Shown here in pieces: positions 17,978 through 27,463 of a DNA stretch of 51,432 bases; position 1 is the stretch's first letter, and each line of letters begins with the position of its first letter. This DNA is from Minisyncoccota bacterium (lineage in GTDB: Bacteria; Patescibacteriota; Minisyncoccia; Phycocordibacterales; GWA1-40-21), in assembly GCA_041674925.1 (NCBI GenBank), contig JBAYUW010000005.1:1-51432 (forward strand). Reading direction: 5' to 3'. Under the pieces are notes generated by a model. The model saw only the letters and a program-made list of their open reading frames with translations, was not told the DNA's origin and made no database searches. A program made the translations under genes and the position numbers.

Positions 17978-18574
17978 ATGCAATACATTATCATCGGTTT
18001 AGGTAACCCTGGGGAAGAATATGTCGGCACGCGTCACAATGTCGGCCGAATGGTACTTGAGGCTTTTGCGAAGGCTAATGATTTGGCTGATTGGAAGGAA
18101 GACAAGAAATTAAAATCTCTAGTCACTCAAGGTAAAGTCGGAAAAAACAAAGCGATGTTTTTACAGCCAGAAACTTTTATGAATAAAAGTGGGGAAGCAG
18201 TAAAATCTTTAGTTAAAAGTAAAAAAGCCGCTGAAACCTTAATTGTCATTCATGATGATCTTGATATTCCTCTTGGCAAATTAAAAATATCTTTCAATAA
18301 AAGTTCGGGTGGACATCGCGGTGTCGAATCTATTATTAAGACCGTAAAAACCGAAGCCTTCACTAGAATCAGAATTGGTATTTCGGGTGAAACGGCGTCG
18401 GGGAAAATAAAAAAACCGCAAGGTGAGGAAAAAGTGATTGATACGATTCTCGGCGAATTCAAAAAAACCGAAGAATTAGAATTGAAAAAAATAATCAAAA
18501 AATCCGTCACGGCTTTGTCTATGGTCATCAAAGACGGTTGGTCTATTGCGGCGAGCCAGTTGGGGAATTTGTAA
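17978..18574 (+). CDS. pth: peptidyl-tRNA hydrolase
   Basis: IIGLGNPGEEYVGTRHNVG and GGHRGV motifs. Confidence 0.95.
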   Translation: MQYIIIGLGNPGEEYVGTRHNVGRMVLEAFAKANDLADWKEDKKLKSLVTQGKVGKNKAMFLQPETFMNKSGEAVKSLVKSKKAAETLIVIHDDLDIPLGKLKISFNKSSGGHRGVESIIKTVKTEAFTRIRIGISGETASGKIKKPQGEEKVIDTILGEFKKTEELELKKIIKKSVTALSMVIKDGWSIAASQLGNL

Positions 18575-18638
18575 TTGACTTCATATTTTTATTGAGTAGT
18601 ATTAATTTCAGAAACACAAACCAGAAAGGGTGGTGTGT

Positions 18639-18965
18639 ATGAGAATTAGACTCATTGCCGTCTTGGGCGTCCCTGGAAACATGCAATATTATGGCGGACC
18701 AAACCCCGCCATCTTCAAGTTTTTTGGTGAGGTAAATGTAGATATCACGGCAAATGCCCTTGGCGATATTATCACCAACAAACGTGTCATGATAAAAATT
18801 GCCGGAGCCTGGGTCCATCTTTATCGCTTCAAGCGGAGAAATAAGGTGTTCCACGGCACCGGTCAGATTGCCTCGACTGAACCAGATCGCCTTAAGGCTT
18901 TGGTGAAAGCTGGTTGGAGACCAGATCTGACCGCCCTGCATTACTACGGTCTTAGTCTGGAGTAG
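18639..18965 (+). CDS. hypothetical protein (GC-rich islet)
   Basis: ATG 18639 (MRIRLIAVLG) is preceded by AAAGGGTGG. The stop is followed by a plus-strand terminator at 18983..19017. The overlapping minus-strand ORF 18543..18977 lacks such signals. Confidence 0.4.
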   Translation: MRIRLIAVLGVPGNMQYYGGPNPAIFKFFGEVNVDITANALGDIITNKRVMIKIAGAWVHLYRFKRRNKVFHGTGQIASTEPDRLKALVKAGWRPDLTALHYYGLSLE

Positions 18966-18982
18966 ACATTGAGTCATCGAAA

Positions 18983-19017
18983 AACCGCGGACCCCTTTGG
19001 GATCGCGGTTCTTTTTT
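18983..19017. terminator. bidirectional intrinsic terminator
   Basis: AACCGCG...CGCGGTT stem with inner CCC/GGG pairing, flanked by an A-run (18979..18984) and a T-run (19012..19017). Sits between convergent genes. Confidence 0.7.
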
Positions 19018-19026
19018 ATACTCTTT

Positions 19027-19075
19027 ACCCTCTCCTTTTCTAAGGAGAGGGTGGCGTTCTGACGCCGGGTGAGGT
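19027..19075. repeat. palindromic repeat element (intergenic copy)
   Basis: ACCCTCTCCTT-ttct-AAGGAGAGGGT, then GGCGT-tctg-ACGCC, then GGGTGAGGT. The core and tail are shared with 39667..39705 inside dnaE. Confidence 0.75.
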
Positions 19076-20551
19076 CTAATCAATCTCAATCGTCTCGGTC
19101 GCATCATTGTTGTCGCGTTCGTCTTCATCTAGATCATTGTTGGGATCGATTTCAACACGAAAGCGATTAGTACCGGTATCGCTCGCATCTTCAAATTCGA
19201 CAGTGACGGTGACACTTTCACCTGGATCAAGGGCCGACATATTTCTCTTAGTATATTCATCACCGGTAAATGAAGGAGTCAATCTCACTTCATAATCCCA
19301 ACGATCTGATTCCTCATCACCTTCATTTGTGACACGGAAACGAACCGCGGCGGTATCGCCTTCATTAATAGTATCATCCTCGACAAAGTTACCCGAAGAA
19401 TTTATTTTTCCAACTTTCAAAATTTCTACTGCCAAATCTACTTCATCGTTATTATTGTCATTGTCATAATAATCATCACAATTGTAAGTCAACCAACCGT
19501 TGATATAACAAGTATCATTATTATTATCATTGCTACCGGTGCTGGTAATAGTGATAGTTTGCGCATTATTGTTTTCATTACTTTCACGCACCAAACCATT
19601 TTGATCAGCGCGGACGGTAATTAGATTACTACCAGTTCGACTTAAATTGCTGAAACCAAGAGTGTAGATAATACTTTCACCGGGACGCAAAGAAATTTGT
19701 GCATTAGAATTGTACATCGGATTTGACGTCGATGGTAAAATCGCGGAGAAATACCAGATACCAGTATTGGCATCGCCATCGTTTCGAATTTCAAATTTAA
19801 TTCCTACAAGATCAGATTCATCGAATCGAGTTTGGCTCGTGATCTGATTATTGTATTGATTCAAAAGACCTGTTTGTAATACTCGTACAGCCAAATCTGG
19901 TTTACCATAATAAACTGGAGCCGGTTGGGATGGAATATATGGTGTGGTTGGGGCGGGAGTAACAGAAGTAGAAGTCGCCACAATCACTGAGGTATCATCT
20001 ACCACTGGTCCAGACGCATCATTTTTAACGGTGATACGAACAACTCCGACATTCTCAATTTTTTGTGTCTCATTGTTTTCCAAAGCCCCGGTTAAGACAA
20101 GACGATAGACATTTTCATTTTCGGTAATCGCTCGCAAAGTGATGGTTCCACTATCGCTTAAAATATAGTAAGGCTTGTTACAGGTCACATTCTTTAAGCC
20201 GTTATTTTCAATCGCCAATAAAGTCAAATTAGCATCACAGTCATAAGACAGACTAAAGATACCATCGGTGTCTGCCCCTTTATCAAAAGTGACATTAAAA
20301 TTTTCTCCAGAGTTCACAATTTTCTTGTCGGCCGTCATGGTCGCATTTTCAGCTGGCACAAAAATAGAATAGAGAGCCGCGGAGAGGGAAGAAGAAGCTC
20401 GGCTAATCAGCTTTGGTAAATACGGCACCGACATCAAGACGATAATGATAATTATCACAATGATAATAAATCGAAGTAAACCCGTCAAAGTCAGGTTTTT
20501 GAACCATTCATAGATTCTGGTGAATATTCCTTTTTGCTCTTTGTTTTCCAT
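19076..20551 (-). CDS. N-terminally anchored surface protein with CARDB-like domains
   Basis: TM helix at residues ~20-45. Two DLAV..-initiated beta domains (DLAVRVLQTG...FEIRNDGDANTG and DLAVEILKVG...FRVTNEGDEESD) resemble CARDB domains. Acidic C-terminus. Confidence 0.6.
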   Translation of the reverse strand: MENKEQKGIFTRIYEWFKNLTLTGLLRFIIIVIIIIIVLMSVPYLPKLISRASSSLSAALYSIFVPAENATMTADKKIVNSGENFNVTFDKGADTDGIFSLSYDCDANLTLLAIENNGLKNVTCNKPYYILSDSGTITLRAITENENVYRLVLTGALENNETQKIENVGVVRITVKNDASGPVVDDTSVIVATSTSVTPAPTTPYIPSQPAPVYYGKPDLAVRVLQTGLLNQYNNQITSQTRFDESDLVGIKFEIRNDGDANTGIWYFSAILPSTSNPMYNSNAQISLRPGESIIYTLGFSNLSRTGSNLITVRADQNGLVRESNENNNAQTITITSTGSNDNNNDTCYINGWLTYNCDDYYDNDNNNDEVDLAVEILKVGKINSSGNFVEDDTINEGDTAAVRFRVTNEGDEESDRWDYEVRLTPSFTGDEYTKRNMSALDPGESVTVTVEFEDASDTGTNRFRVEIDPNNDLDEDERDNNDATETIEID

Positions 20552-20614
20552 ATGTGTTAAACTGTATTAACTGATAAACTTGCTTAAAATTAGTATATCG
20601 GGTATTATACTACA

Positions 20615-21247
20615 ATGCTTAAAAAAAGTCAAATCAAATTTCTTTCTTACGCTATAGTCATATTTTTGGTCCTTTTTACCTTGCTATTCTTGGCTGGTTT
20701 GGTGCCCGAGTCACTTAAACCACAACAAGAGGATTCATTTAGGACTCTATGGGATAAGACGCAGGCCGAGCGAATAAATGACCAACAAAAAAATAATGGC
20801 GTCTTGGTTGGTGAGAATCCTACCAAAATCGTCATTGAAAAAATTGGCGTAAATATTGCTGTTATCAATCCAAACACGACAAATGTGGCAACTTTGGATA
20901 GTTACCTTAAACAAGGTGCCGTGCGCTATCCTGGATCGGGGACTCTGGGCCTCGGTAATATGTTTATCTTTGGTCACAGCGCCGAAGCTTATGGCGTGAT
21001 TAATAATCCCGCCTATCGCGCCTTTGACGGTTTGAATAAATTGCAAGTGGGGGACACGATCAAGGTTTTCGGTACTAATCAGACCTATATTTATCGTGTT
21101 ACTTCCGTAGATTTGGTCAATCAAGACCAGGCTTTGGTGGAATTCAATCAAAACAAGAATATGTTGACACTATCAACCTGCAACACCTTTGGTGCCAAAG
21201 AAGATCGTTATGTGATTGAGGCCGATTTTGCTGGTGTAATGAAATAG
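20615..21247 (+). CDS. sortase-family transpeptidase
   Basis: N-terminal TM anchor, catalytic His (FIFGHSAEAYG), TLSTC cysteine motif, conserved Arg (EDRYVIEA). Confidence 0.85.
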   Translation: MLKKSQIKFLSYAIVIFLVLFTLLFLAGLVPESLKPQQEDSFRTLWDKTQAERINDQQKNNGVLVGENPTKIVIEKIGVNIAVINPNTTNVATLDSYLKQGAVRYPGSGTLGLGNMFIFGHSAEAYGVINNPAYRAFDGLNKLQVGDTIKVFGTNQTYIYRVTSVDLVNQDQALVEFNQNKNMLTLSTCNTFGAKEDRYVIEADFAGVMK

Positions 21248-21298
21248 CCTTATTCTACGTCTTATATTATAGATCGATTCGAGGAAGTGGATAAAAGC

Positions 21299-21327
21299 TT
21301 GACTTTTTATCCGTTTAGGTATATAAT
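21299..21327 (+). promoter_or_regulatory. sigma70-type promoter for the PKD-repeat surface protein
   Basis: TTGACT (21299..21304), a 17-nt spacer, then TATAAT (21322..21327). This argues for the ATG 21347 start rather than GTG 21287. Confidence 0.6.
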
Positions 21328-21346
21328 ATGGGGGTTAATAAAAAAT

Positions 21347-23053
21347 ATGCAAAATATGATTATAAAAAAGAATATAACGATCTTTGTTCTGGCTTTGGCC
21401 ATTATCTTTGGATTATTTAGTTTTTCCACGGTTTCGGCCGATTCCTATTGTGCTAGTAGTTCAACTATGACTTATGATGAAGTCTTAAATGCTCAAGCCG
21501 ACGGTATGGTCAGTTACAGTATTTCCATTAATGGTTCAACCGCTAAATCTTCTATTGTGAATAAAACCGATTGTTATTTTACTGTCGAATTAGCTTCTTG
21601 GAACATGTATGATCGAGTGTTGGAAAATCAAACTCTATATTCGAGTTCGGGTGTTCAGAGCATTGCTCCAAAATCAAATAAAACTATTACTACGACTCTG
21701 CCATCTTGTATGGCTCAAGTAGACTTGTACTATGATAGTGCGCCAAATTCCCCAGAACAAGCTGAAGAATTAGCTTGGGACTATAGTCGTATGACTGGTG
21801 GTTCCAGTTATAGTGATGCCTCTGGACCTTTTTGTAGTAATGCTGTGACCGTGCCTTTAACCGGATCCTGTTATGCTTCTCCTTCTAATCCAAAAGTTGG
21901 TGAGGAAGTAAAGTGGACAGCTGATGCCACGGGTGGTGCTGGCGGTCATACTTATTCTTGGACTGGTAGCGAGAATCTTTACAGTAGTGGTAATCATTAT
22001 GCTTTTAAAACTTATAATAATTCTGGAACAAAAAATGTAACTGTCACGATCAGTGATATTGCTTATGGTGGTACACAGACTATTACCACTAATTGTAGTG
22101 TCTATGTCAGTGCAAATCAGACGACTCCAGATCCAGATTCAGCTTATGCCACTTGTGGTAGTGCGGCCAATAAACCAACCGCAACTGCTCCGAAAGATAA
22201 TTTTTGTAAACTTGGTCATTTAGTAGAAGGTCCAGCGACAACTGGCGATGGTACTAATCGTTGGTGGTGGGGTTGTGATTTGACACCGAGTGCTCCAGCT
22301 GTCACTTATTGTTTTGCGCCAAAAACTCAAATTGATGATAACGATGATTTAAATGTTTCTTGTGAAGCCGATGATTCGAACGTTGATGTGGATGAAGATG
22401 TCTATTGGTCAGCGACGGTCTCTGGTGGTAATGGAAATTATTCTTACGATTGGGATGGTACTGACGGTTTAAATAGCTCACGTCAAAATGTGACTTGGAG
22501 CTATGATGATGATGGTACCAAAACTGCGACCGTGACTGTTACTTCTGGCGGTAAAACTGCTAGTGATTCATGTACGGTTAGAGTAGAAGAAGATGAAGAT
22601 GATAATGATGATGATCTAGAAGTATCTTGTTATGCTAATCCGTCTGATCCGGACGTGGGTGAGCAGATGAATTGGTATGTTCGTGTTTCTGGTGGTGATG
22701 GCGATTATGATTATGATTGGACTGGTACAAATGGTCTAAATAGCTCAAGTCGTTCACCTTCGAAAACTTATACCACAACCGGACGCAAAACTGCGACCGT
22801 GACTGTTGAAGATGGTGATGGTAATGAAGAATCAGATACTTGTTCGGTTACCGTCAATCAAAACAGCGTCTTAGCTTTTAGCGAATACAATCAGACCCCA
22901 TATCAAGAAGCGATTTATCTTAGTCAGGTTCCTTATACTGGTGCGGCTGAAGATTGGTCGTTTGCCCTTTTCCTAGCTGGTCTATCTTTATTTAGTGCCT
23001 ATGTCGCTTATGTGGTTATCGCTTACAAAAAGAATAACGGTGAGTTGAATTAA
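21347..23053 (+). CDS. secreted PKD-repeat surface protein with a C-terminal sortase-type sorting signal (VPYTG)
   Basis: Signal peptide ...FSFSTVSA. Three about 85-aa repeats (SC.A.P....VGE...W...VSGG.G.Y.Y.W.G...TATVTV), PKD-like. C-terminus is VPYTG followed by a hydrophobic helix and KKNNGELN. Confidence 0.75.
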   Translation: MQNMIIKKNITIFVLALAIIFGLFSFSTVSADSYCASSSTMTYDEVLNAQADGMVSYSISINGSTAKSSIVNKTDCYFTVELASWNMYDRVLENQTLYSSSGVQSIAPKSNKTITTTLPSCMAQVDLYYDSAPNSPEQAEELAWDYSRMTGGSSYSDASGPFCSNAVTVPLTGSCYASPSNPKVGEEVKWTADATGGAGGHTYSWTGSENLYSSGNHYAFKTYNNSGTKNVTVTISDIAYGGTQTITTNCSVYVSANQTTPDPDSAYATCGSAANKPTATAPKDNFCKLGHLVEGPATTGDGTNRWWWGCDLTPSAPAVTYCFAPKTQIDDNDDLNVSCEADDSNVDVDEDVYWSATVSGGNGNYSYDWDGTDGLNSSRQNVTWSYDDDGTKTATVTVTSGGKTASDSCTVRVEEDEDDNDDDLEVSCYANPSDPDVGEQMNWYVRVSGGDGDYDYDWTGTNGLNSSSRSPSKTYTTTGRKTATVTVEDGDGNEESDTCSVTVNQNSVLAFSEYNQTPYQEAIYLSQVPYTGAAEDWSFALFLAGLSLFSAYVAYVVIAYKKNNGELN

Positions 23054-23091
23054 AAGTTTTTAAACTTTAAACTCCAAAACTAATGTCTGAT

Positions 23092-23121
23092 CAAAATCGC
23101 CTTCAGTAATGAAGGCGATTT
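23092..23121. terminator. bidirectional terminator between convergent genes
   Basis: AAAATCGCCTTCA-gtaa-TGAAGGCGATTTT, a perfect 13-bp stem whose A and T tracts serve both strands. Confidence 0.75.
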
Positions 23122-23125
23122 TGAT

Positions 23126-24343
23126 TTAGAGTGGAAAGCTTGGTTTCGGTAAAACCCAAGCCGTGGCCCCAGTGTCAAAATCTGTATGCTCGGTTACTGA
23201 CGAAACGTTCCAGCCACTCAAGTCTTGATTAAAATCGGACTCATGGAACATTCGACTCATATCGGTGACAGCGCTGACATCCCAACCAGAAATATCTCCA
23301 GCAAAACGAATACCTAAAAAGCCAATAGTCTCATCTTCATAAAACATGCCACTTAAGTTGGTTGTGCCAGCTAAATCGAGATTATCTGTGGCGGTTAGGT
23401 CAAGATTTCCGCAATTAGAAAAATAGTCACCGTTGTTACCAACGTTTAAGTCTCCCCATTGGGAAATTTCATAAATTTTCAACTTATCACCACCGTTGGC
23501 AAAATTAAAACCGATGATTGTACCTTCGATTGATAAATTATATTCCCCAAACGTCTCATAGGTATGAGTAACTTCTGGCTGGTCCCAGGAAGTAATATGG
23601 CTAGTTGTTTCATCACCCCAATCGACGATAAAATCATACTCACCGTCGGATTCAAGAGGAAGTCTAATTTGATCATCTTCGCTGGAACCATCGGAAATAC
23701 TGTGAGTTTTCCAGATAGACAGAAAAGGGTTTGGAGTTTCTAGTGTATAAGTTCCTTCTGTCCCTAAATATGTCACACCACTTCTCACACTTGCTGCTTT
23801 TGCTTCTCCCAAATCAAGTAAGGCATTGTAGATTTCAGTTAGAGTGTGCTGAGTTCCGGTTGGAGCCTCTGTTGGTGCATAATCATGATTTTCGGGAGTG
23901 GTGGTGGCACCCGAATCAATTAAATTCCAGATATCATCCAGGGTATAGCCCGTTACATCTCCAGCTGAACCGATTGGGTCAAGGGTAGAAGAGATAACTG
24001 TTGTGGTGGCGTAGTCAGGATCTTCATTATCAAAGTCTCCAATAATATTTAGATACTCAATACCAGTCTCGACGTTTTCTCTCTTTACCAGATTGGCGAG
24101 ATCAGCATAAAGTTGAGAGACAGAATATGATGATAGAGTGTCGGGTGTGGTGCTGGCTGACAATGGGTGTTCACCTTCTGTCGCTGTTCCAGAATTGTGA
24201 ATTAGATTATAAATATCGGTCAAAGTATACATGGTCGCGGTAGGCGAACCAGCATCAGGAGTGAGATTACCAGCCAGAGCAAAAAAACTGATGGTAGCAA
24301 TTAACAAAATAAGTATTACTAGACCAGAGAGCGACTTCTTCAT
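23126..24343 (-). CDS. secreted DUF285 (BspA-like repeat) protein
   Basis: Signal/TM at the N-terminus (start taken at MKKSLSGL, ATG 24343). C-terminal GDISGWDVSAVTDMSRMF and FNQDLSGWNVSSVTEHTDF repeats are typical of DUF285. N-terminal YTL(T/D)DI(Y/W)NLI repeats. Confidence 0.65.
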   Translation of the reverse strand: MKKSLSGLVILILLIATISFFALAGNLTPDAGSPTATMYTLTDIYNLIHNSGTATEGEHPLSASTTPDTLSSYSVSQLYADLANLVKRENVETGIEYLNIIGDFDNEDPDYATTTVISSTLDPIGSAGDVTGYTLDDIWNLIDSGATTTPENHDYAPTEAPTGTQHTLTEIYNALLDLGEAKAASVRSGVTYLGTEGTYTLETPNPFLSIWKTHSISDGSSEDDQIRLPLESDGEYDFIVDWGDETTSHITSWDQPEVTHTYETFGEYNLSIEGTIIGFNFANGGDKLKIYEISQWGDLNVGNNGDYFSNCGNLDLTATDNLDLAGTTNLSGMFYEDETIGFLGIRFAGDISGWDVSAVTDMSRMFHESDFNQDLSGWNVSSVTEHTDFDTGATAWVLPKPSFPL

Positions 24344-24350
24344 GCCACTA

Positions 24351-26105
24351 TTATAACACAATTCGCTCTTTTATTTCTTTTAGCAATCTTTCTTTTAATT
24401 TTTCCAAACTGATCTTTTCTTGCTTGCCCTCTTTCTCCGTACCTCTAATTTCTAAAGTCAATTCATTTGATTCCATTTCTTTATCACCAATCACGAGCAT
24501 ATATGGCACCTTCATATTTTTCCCCGCGCGAATTTTCTTGCCCATGCCTTCATCAGTATTATCAAAATCTACGCGAATATCTAAAGCCTTCAATTCATCC
24601 GCAATCTTTTTTGCATAGTCATTATGATTATCCCGCACTGGAATAATCTTGATCTGTGTTGGCGCGAGCCAGGTAGGAAAGTTGCCGGCATAGTGTTCGA
24701 TCATCACCCCCATAAATCTCTCAAGCGCACCTGAGACTGCACGATGAATTACAACTGGTCTTTCTTTTTCACCCTTCTCGTTTACGAAAGTTAAATCAAA
24801 CCTTTCTGGTAAATTAAAATCGCATTGAATCGTCGCTAATTGCCATTCACGACCGATTGCATCCTTAAACATAAAGTCTAATTTTGGTCCATAAAAAGCC
24901 GCTTCACCCTCAACTCTTTTATAGTTCAGTTTATTTTCCTTGGCCGCCTTTTCTAAAGCTGTTTCTGCTTTTTCCCAAACCTCATCGCCGCCTAAATATT
25001 TACTTTTATCATCACCACGAACAGAAAGTCTTACCCAATAATCACTCATCATGTTCATGGTAGTGTAAAACTTTTTTATAATCTCAACAATTGTACCTAC
25101 CTCCTCTGATATTTGATTGATACGACAGAACAAGTGCCCATCGTCTTGAGTAATTGCTCGAACGCGAGTGAGGCCAGCTAGTTGACCAGCTTTTTCATAA
25201 CGATAAACGGTGGCGGGTTCAAAATATCTAACCGGCATATCACGATAAGAGAATTGATTATCAGAAAAGATTTGCATGTGATGCGGGCAGTTCATTGGCT
25301 TCATGTAAAATTCTTCGTCGCCACCTTTGACGCGGAAAAGTTCTTCGCCAAATTTAGCCGCATGACCAGAAGTTTCATAAAGATTTTTCTTGGTGATATG
25401 CGGTGTCCAAACACGATCATAACCTTTATCTTTATGTAATTCCCAAAGATAATCTTCTACTGCTTTTCGAATAATCATTCCGTTTGGTTGCATCATCGGT
25501 AATCCAGCGCCAACCAAATCAGAGAGGGTAAATAATTTTAATTCCTTTCCTAATTTTCTATGATCTCTTTTTTTTGCTTCTTCCTGTTGAATTAAATATG
25601 CTTCAAGCTCGGCCTTTGTCTCAAACGCCAAGCCGTAAACACGAGTGAGCATTTTATTTTTTTCATCTCCACGCCAGTAAGCGCCAGCAATTCGGTCTAG
25701 TTTAAACGAACCTGATTCGATTTCTTTGGTACTAGCAACATGACCACCACCACATAGGTCAGTAAAATCACCCGAAGTATAAACGGTGATCTTTTCGCCC
25801 TCTTTCACAATCCCATCGATCAATTCTAATTTATAGGGATTACCAGCAAAAAATTCTCGTGCTTCTTTTTCCGAAATTTCTTTACCCTCGAATGTTGACC
25901 ATTTTTTTAAAAGCTCGCGCATCTTCTGTTCAATCTTTCCAAGATCCTTGTCACTAATTGGTGCAGAAAAATCAAAATCATAATAAAAACCGTTATCAAT
26001 CGCTGGGCCAATGGCTAGTTTAGTATCGGGATAGAAACTTAAGACTACCGCGGCTAATAAATGAGAAAGTGAGTGCCTCTTTTTATATAAATTGTTTATT
26101 TCCAT
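24351..26105 (-). CDS. thrS: threonine--tRNA ligase lacking the N-terminal TGS domain
   Basis: RHSLSHLLAAVV (editing/SAD domain), class II motifs (FRVKGGDEEFYMKPMNCPHH, RVRAITQDDGHLF, GPKLDF), and the anticodon-binding domain. Start taken at ATG 26105 (MEINNLY); the TTG at 26144 would overlap the divergent gene. Confidence 0.9.
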   Translation of the reverse strand: MEINNLYKKRHSLSHLLAAVVLSFYPDTKLAIGPAIDNGFYYDFDFSAPISDKDLGKIEQKMRELLKKWSTFEGKEISEKEAREFFAGNPYKLELIDGIVKEGEKITVYTSGDFTDLCGGGHVASTKEIESGSFKLDRIAGAYWRGDEKNKMLTRVYGLAFETKAELEAYLIQQEEAKKRDHRKLGKELKLFTLSDLVGAGLPMMQPNGMIIRKAVEDYLWELHKDKGYDRVWTPHITKKNLYETSGHAAKFGEELFRVKGGDEEFYMKPMNCPHHMQIFSDNQFSYRDMPVRYFEPATVYRYEKAGQLAGLTRVRAITQDDGHLFCRINQISEEVGTIVEIIKKFYTTMNMMSDYWVRLSVRGDDKSKYLGGDEVWEKAETALEKAAKENKLNYKRVEGEAAFYGPKLDFMFKDAIGREWQLATIQCDFNLPERFDLTFVNEKGEKERPVVIHRAVSGALERFMGVMIEHYAGNFPTWLAPTQIKIIPVRDNHNDYAKKIADELKALDIRVDFDNTDEGMGKKIRAGKNMKVPYMLVIGDKEMESNELTLEIRGTEKEGKQEKISLEKLKERLLKEIKERIVL

Positions 26106-26147
26106 AAGTCTTTCAATTTTATAGTATGAGATGCTATAATGCAAATC

Positions 26148-26696
26148 ATGAAAAAGTATGTCCTATCGTTTTTAGTCGTGGCTTCGTTTGTGGTATATGT
26201 TTTGTATTCCCGAGATATTTTCGTTGGGCTTTTTAAAGAAGATGATGAAGAAGAGCAAATAGTTAAAATTCCAGAGCCAGTAATTGCTACACCCACTCCG
26301 GTTATTGTAAAAAAACCACCAGTTGTGGTGAAGCCAACCCCAATCCCAATACCAACTCCGATTGTAGTCACCCCACCAGTCCAAATGCCAATGATGAACC
26401 CACCGATGATGGGTCAATACAAAGATGGTTCCTATACTGGAAATAGCGTCTATAACTATCATGGTTATATTCAAGTTCAAGCGATTATTAGTGGTGGAAA
26501 AATTTCTGATGTCGTGTTTCTTGATTATCCCAATAGTGGTGATTCGCGATCGATCAATAGGCGAGCGATGCCAAAATTAACTCAAGAGGCGATCGTGGCA
26601 CAAAGTTCCAAGGTTAATACAATTTCTGGAGCAACCGATACCAGTGGCGCTTTTCGAACTTCGCTTGAATCGGCTTTGGTTTTAGCGAGAAATTAA
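26148..26696 (+). CDS. membrane-anchored extracytoplasmic FMN-binding domain protein (flavinylation substrate)
   Basis: TM helix, Pro/Val-rich linker, and a C-terminal FMN_bind-type domain with the flavinylation motif TISGATDTS. Start taken at ATG 26148 because TGcTATAAT (26132..26140) overlaps the upstream ATG 26139. Confidence 0.7.
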   Translation: MKKYVLSFLVVASFVVYVLYSRDIFVGLFKEDDEEEQIVKIPEPVIATPTPVIVKKPPVVVKPTPIPIPTPIVVTPPVQMPMMNPPMMGQYKDGSYTGNSVYNYHGYIQVQAIISGGKISDVVFLDYPNSGDSRSINRRAMPKLTQEAIVAQSSKVNTISGATDTSGAFRTSLESALVLARN

Positions 26697-26700
26697 TAAG

Positions 26701-27462
26701 ATGAAGCAGACCAAAATCATGATGGGGATGACGATTAATGTAGAGATCGTCGATCCGCAAGCCAAACAGTCTGATCTTGATCGTGTTTACGCTTATTTTG
26801 ATTATGTGGATAAAAAGTTTAGCCCATTTAAGCCCGACAGTGAACTCATGAAAATTAACCGGGGTGAAATTTCCAAACCAGAATACAGTCCAGATATGCA
26901 AGAGATTTTAAAATTAGCGGAACAAACAAAAAAAGAAACCGATGGTTTTTTTGATGTGGTCAATCGTCGAGGCGCACTAAATCCTTCTGGTATCGTGAAA
27001 GGTTGGGCGATTTTTCAAGCCGCTCAAATCTTGTGGCGCGCTGGTCTGAATCATTTTTTTATTGACGCTGGTGGTGATATTCAAACGTCTGGTAAAAACG
27101 ATCAGGGTGAACCTTGGACCGTGGGAATTCGTAACCCCTTCAAGCCCGAAACGGAAATTGTGAAAGTTTTAGAATTAAAAAATAATGAAGGCGTCGCGAC
27201 CTCCGGCACCTATGCTCGCGGTCAACATGTGTATAATCCGAAAAACAAAAATGCCTCACTGACCGAGATTGTGAGTCTGACGGTTATCGGTCCCAATGTG
27301 TATGAAGCCGATCGTTTTGCGACCGCGGTTTTGGCAATGGAACGTGAAGGGATTAATTTTCTCGAGAACCAGGCGAACCTCGAAGGTTATGCGATCGACC
27401 AAAAAGGTGTTGCGACGATGACGAGCGGATTTGAAAAGTATGTTAAAATAGATACTAAATAA
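26701..27462 (+). CDS. apbE: FAD:protein FMN transferase (ApbE family)
   Basis: MGT.I.V-type N-terminus (MGMTINVEIVD), DAGGDI, GVATSGTY...H..NPK motifs. Confidence 0.85.
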   Translation: MKQTKIMMGMTINVEIVDPQAKQSDLDRVYAYFDYVDKKFSPFKPDSELMKINRGEISKPEYSPDMQEILKLAEQTKKETDGFFDVVNRRGALNPSGIVKGWAIFQAAQILWRAGLNHFFIDAGGDIQTSGKNDQGEPWTVGIRNPFKPETEIVKVLELKNNEGVATSGTYARGQHVYNPKNKNASLTEIVSLTVIGPNVYEADRFATAVLAMEREGINFLENQANLEGYAIDQKGVATMTSGFEKYVKIDTK

Positions 27463-27463
27463 A

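Noticed and set aside
18543-18977. 144-aa minus-strand ORF overlapping the 108-aa plus-strand ORF
   Set aside because: Both frames are open because the segment is GC-rich. The plus-strand ORF has an SD-like GGGTGG and a plus-oriented terminator directly after its stop, while the minus ORF would overlap the pth 3' end and lacks signals. Still uncertain.
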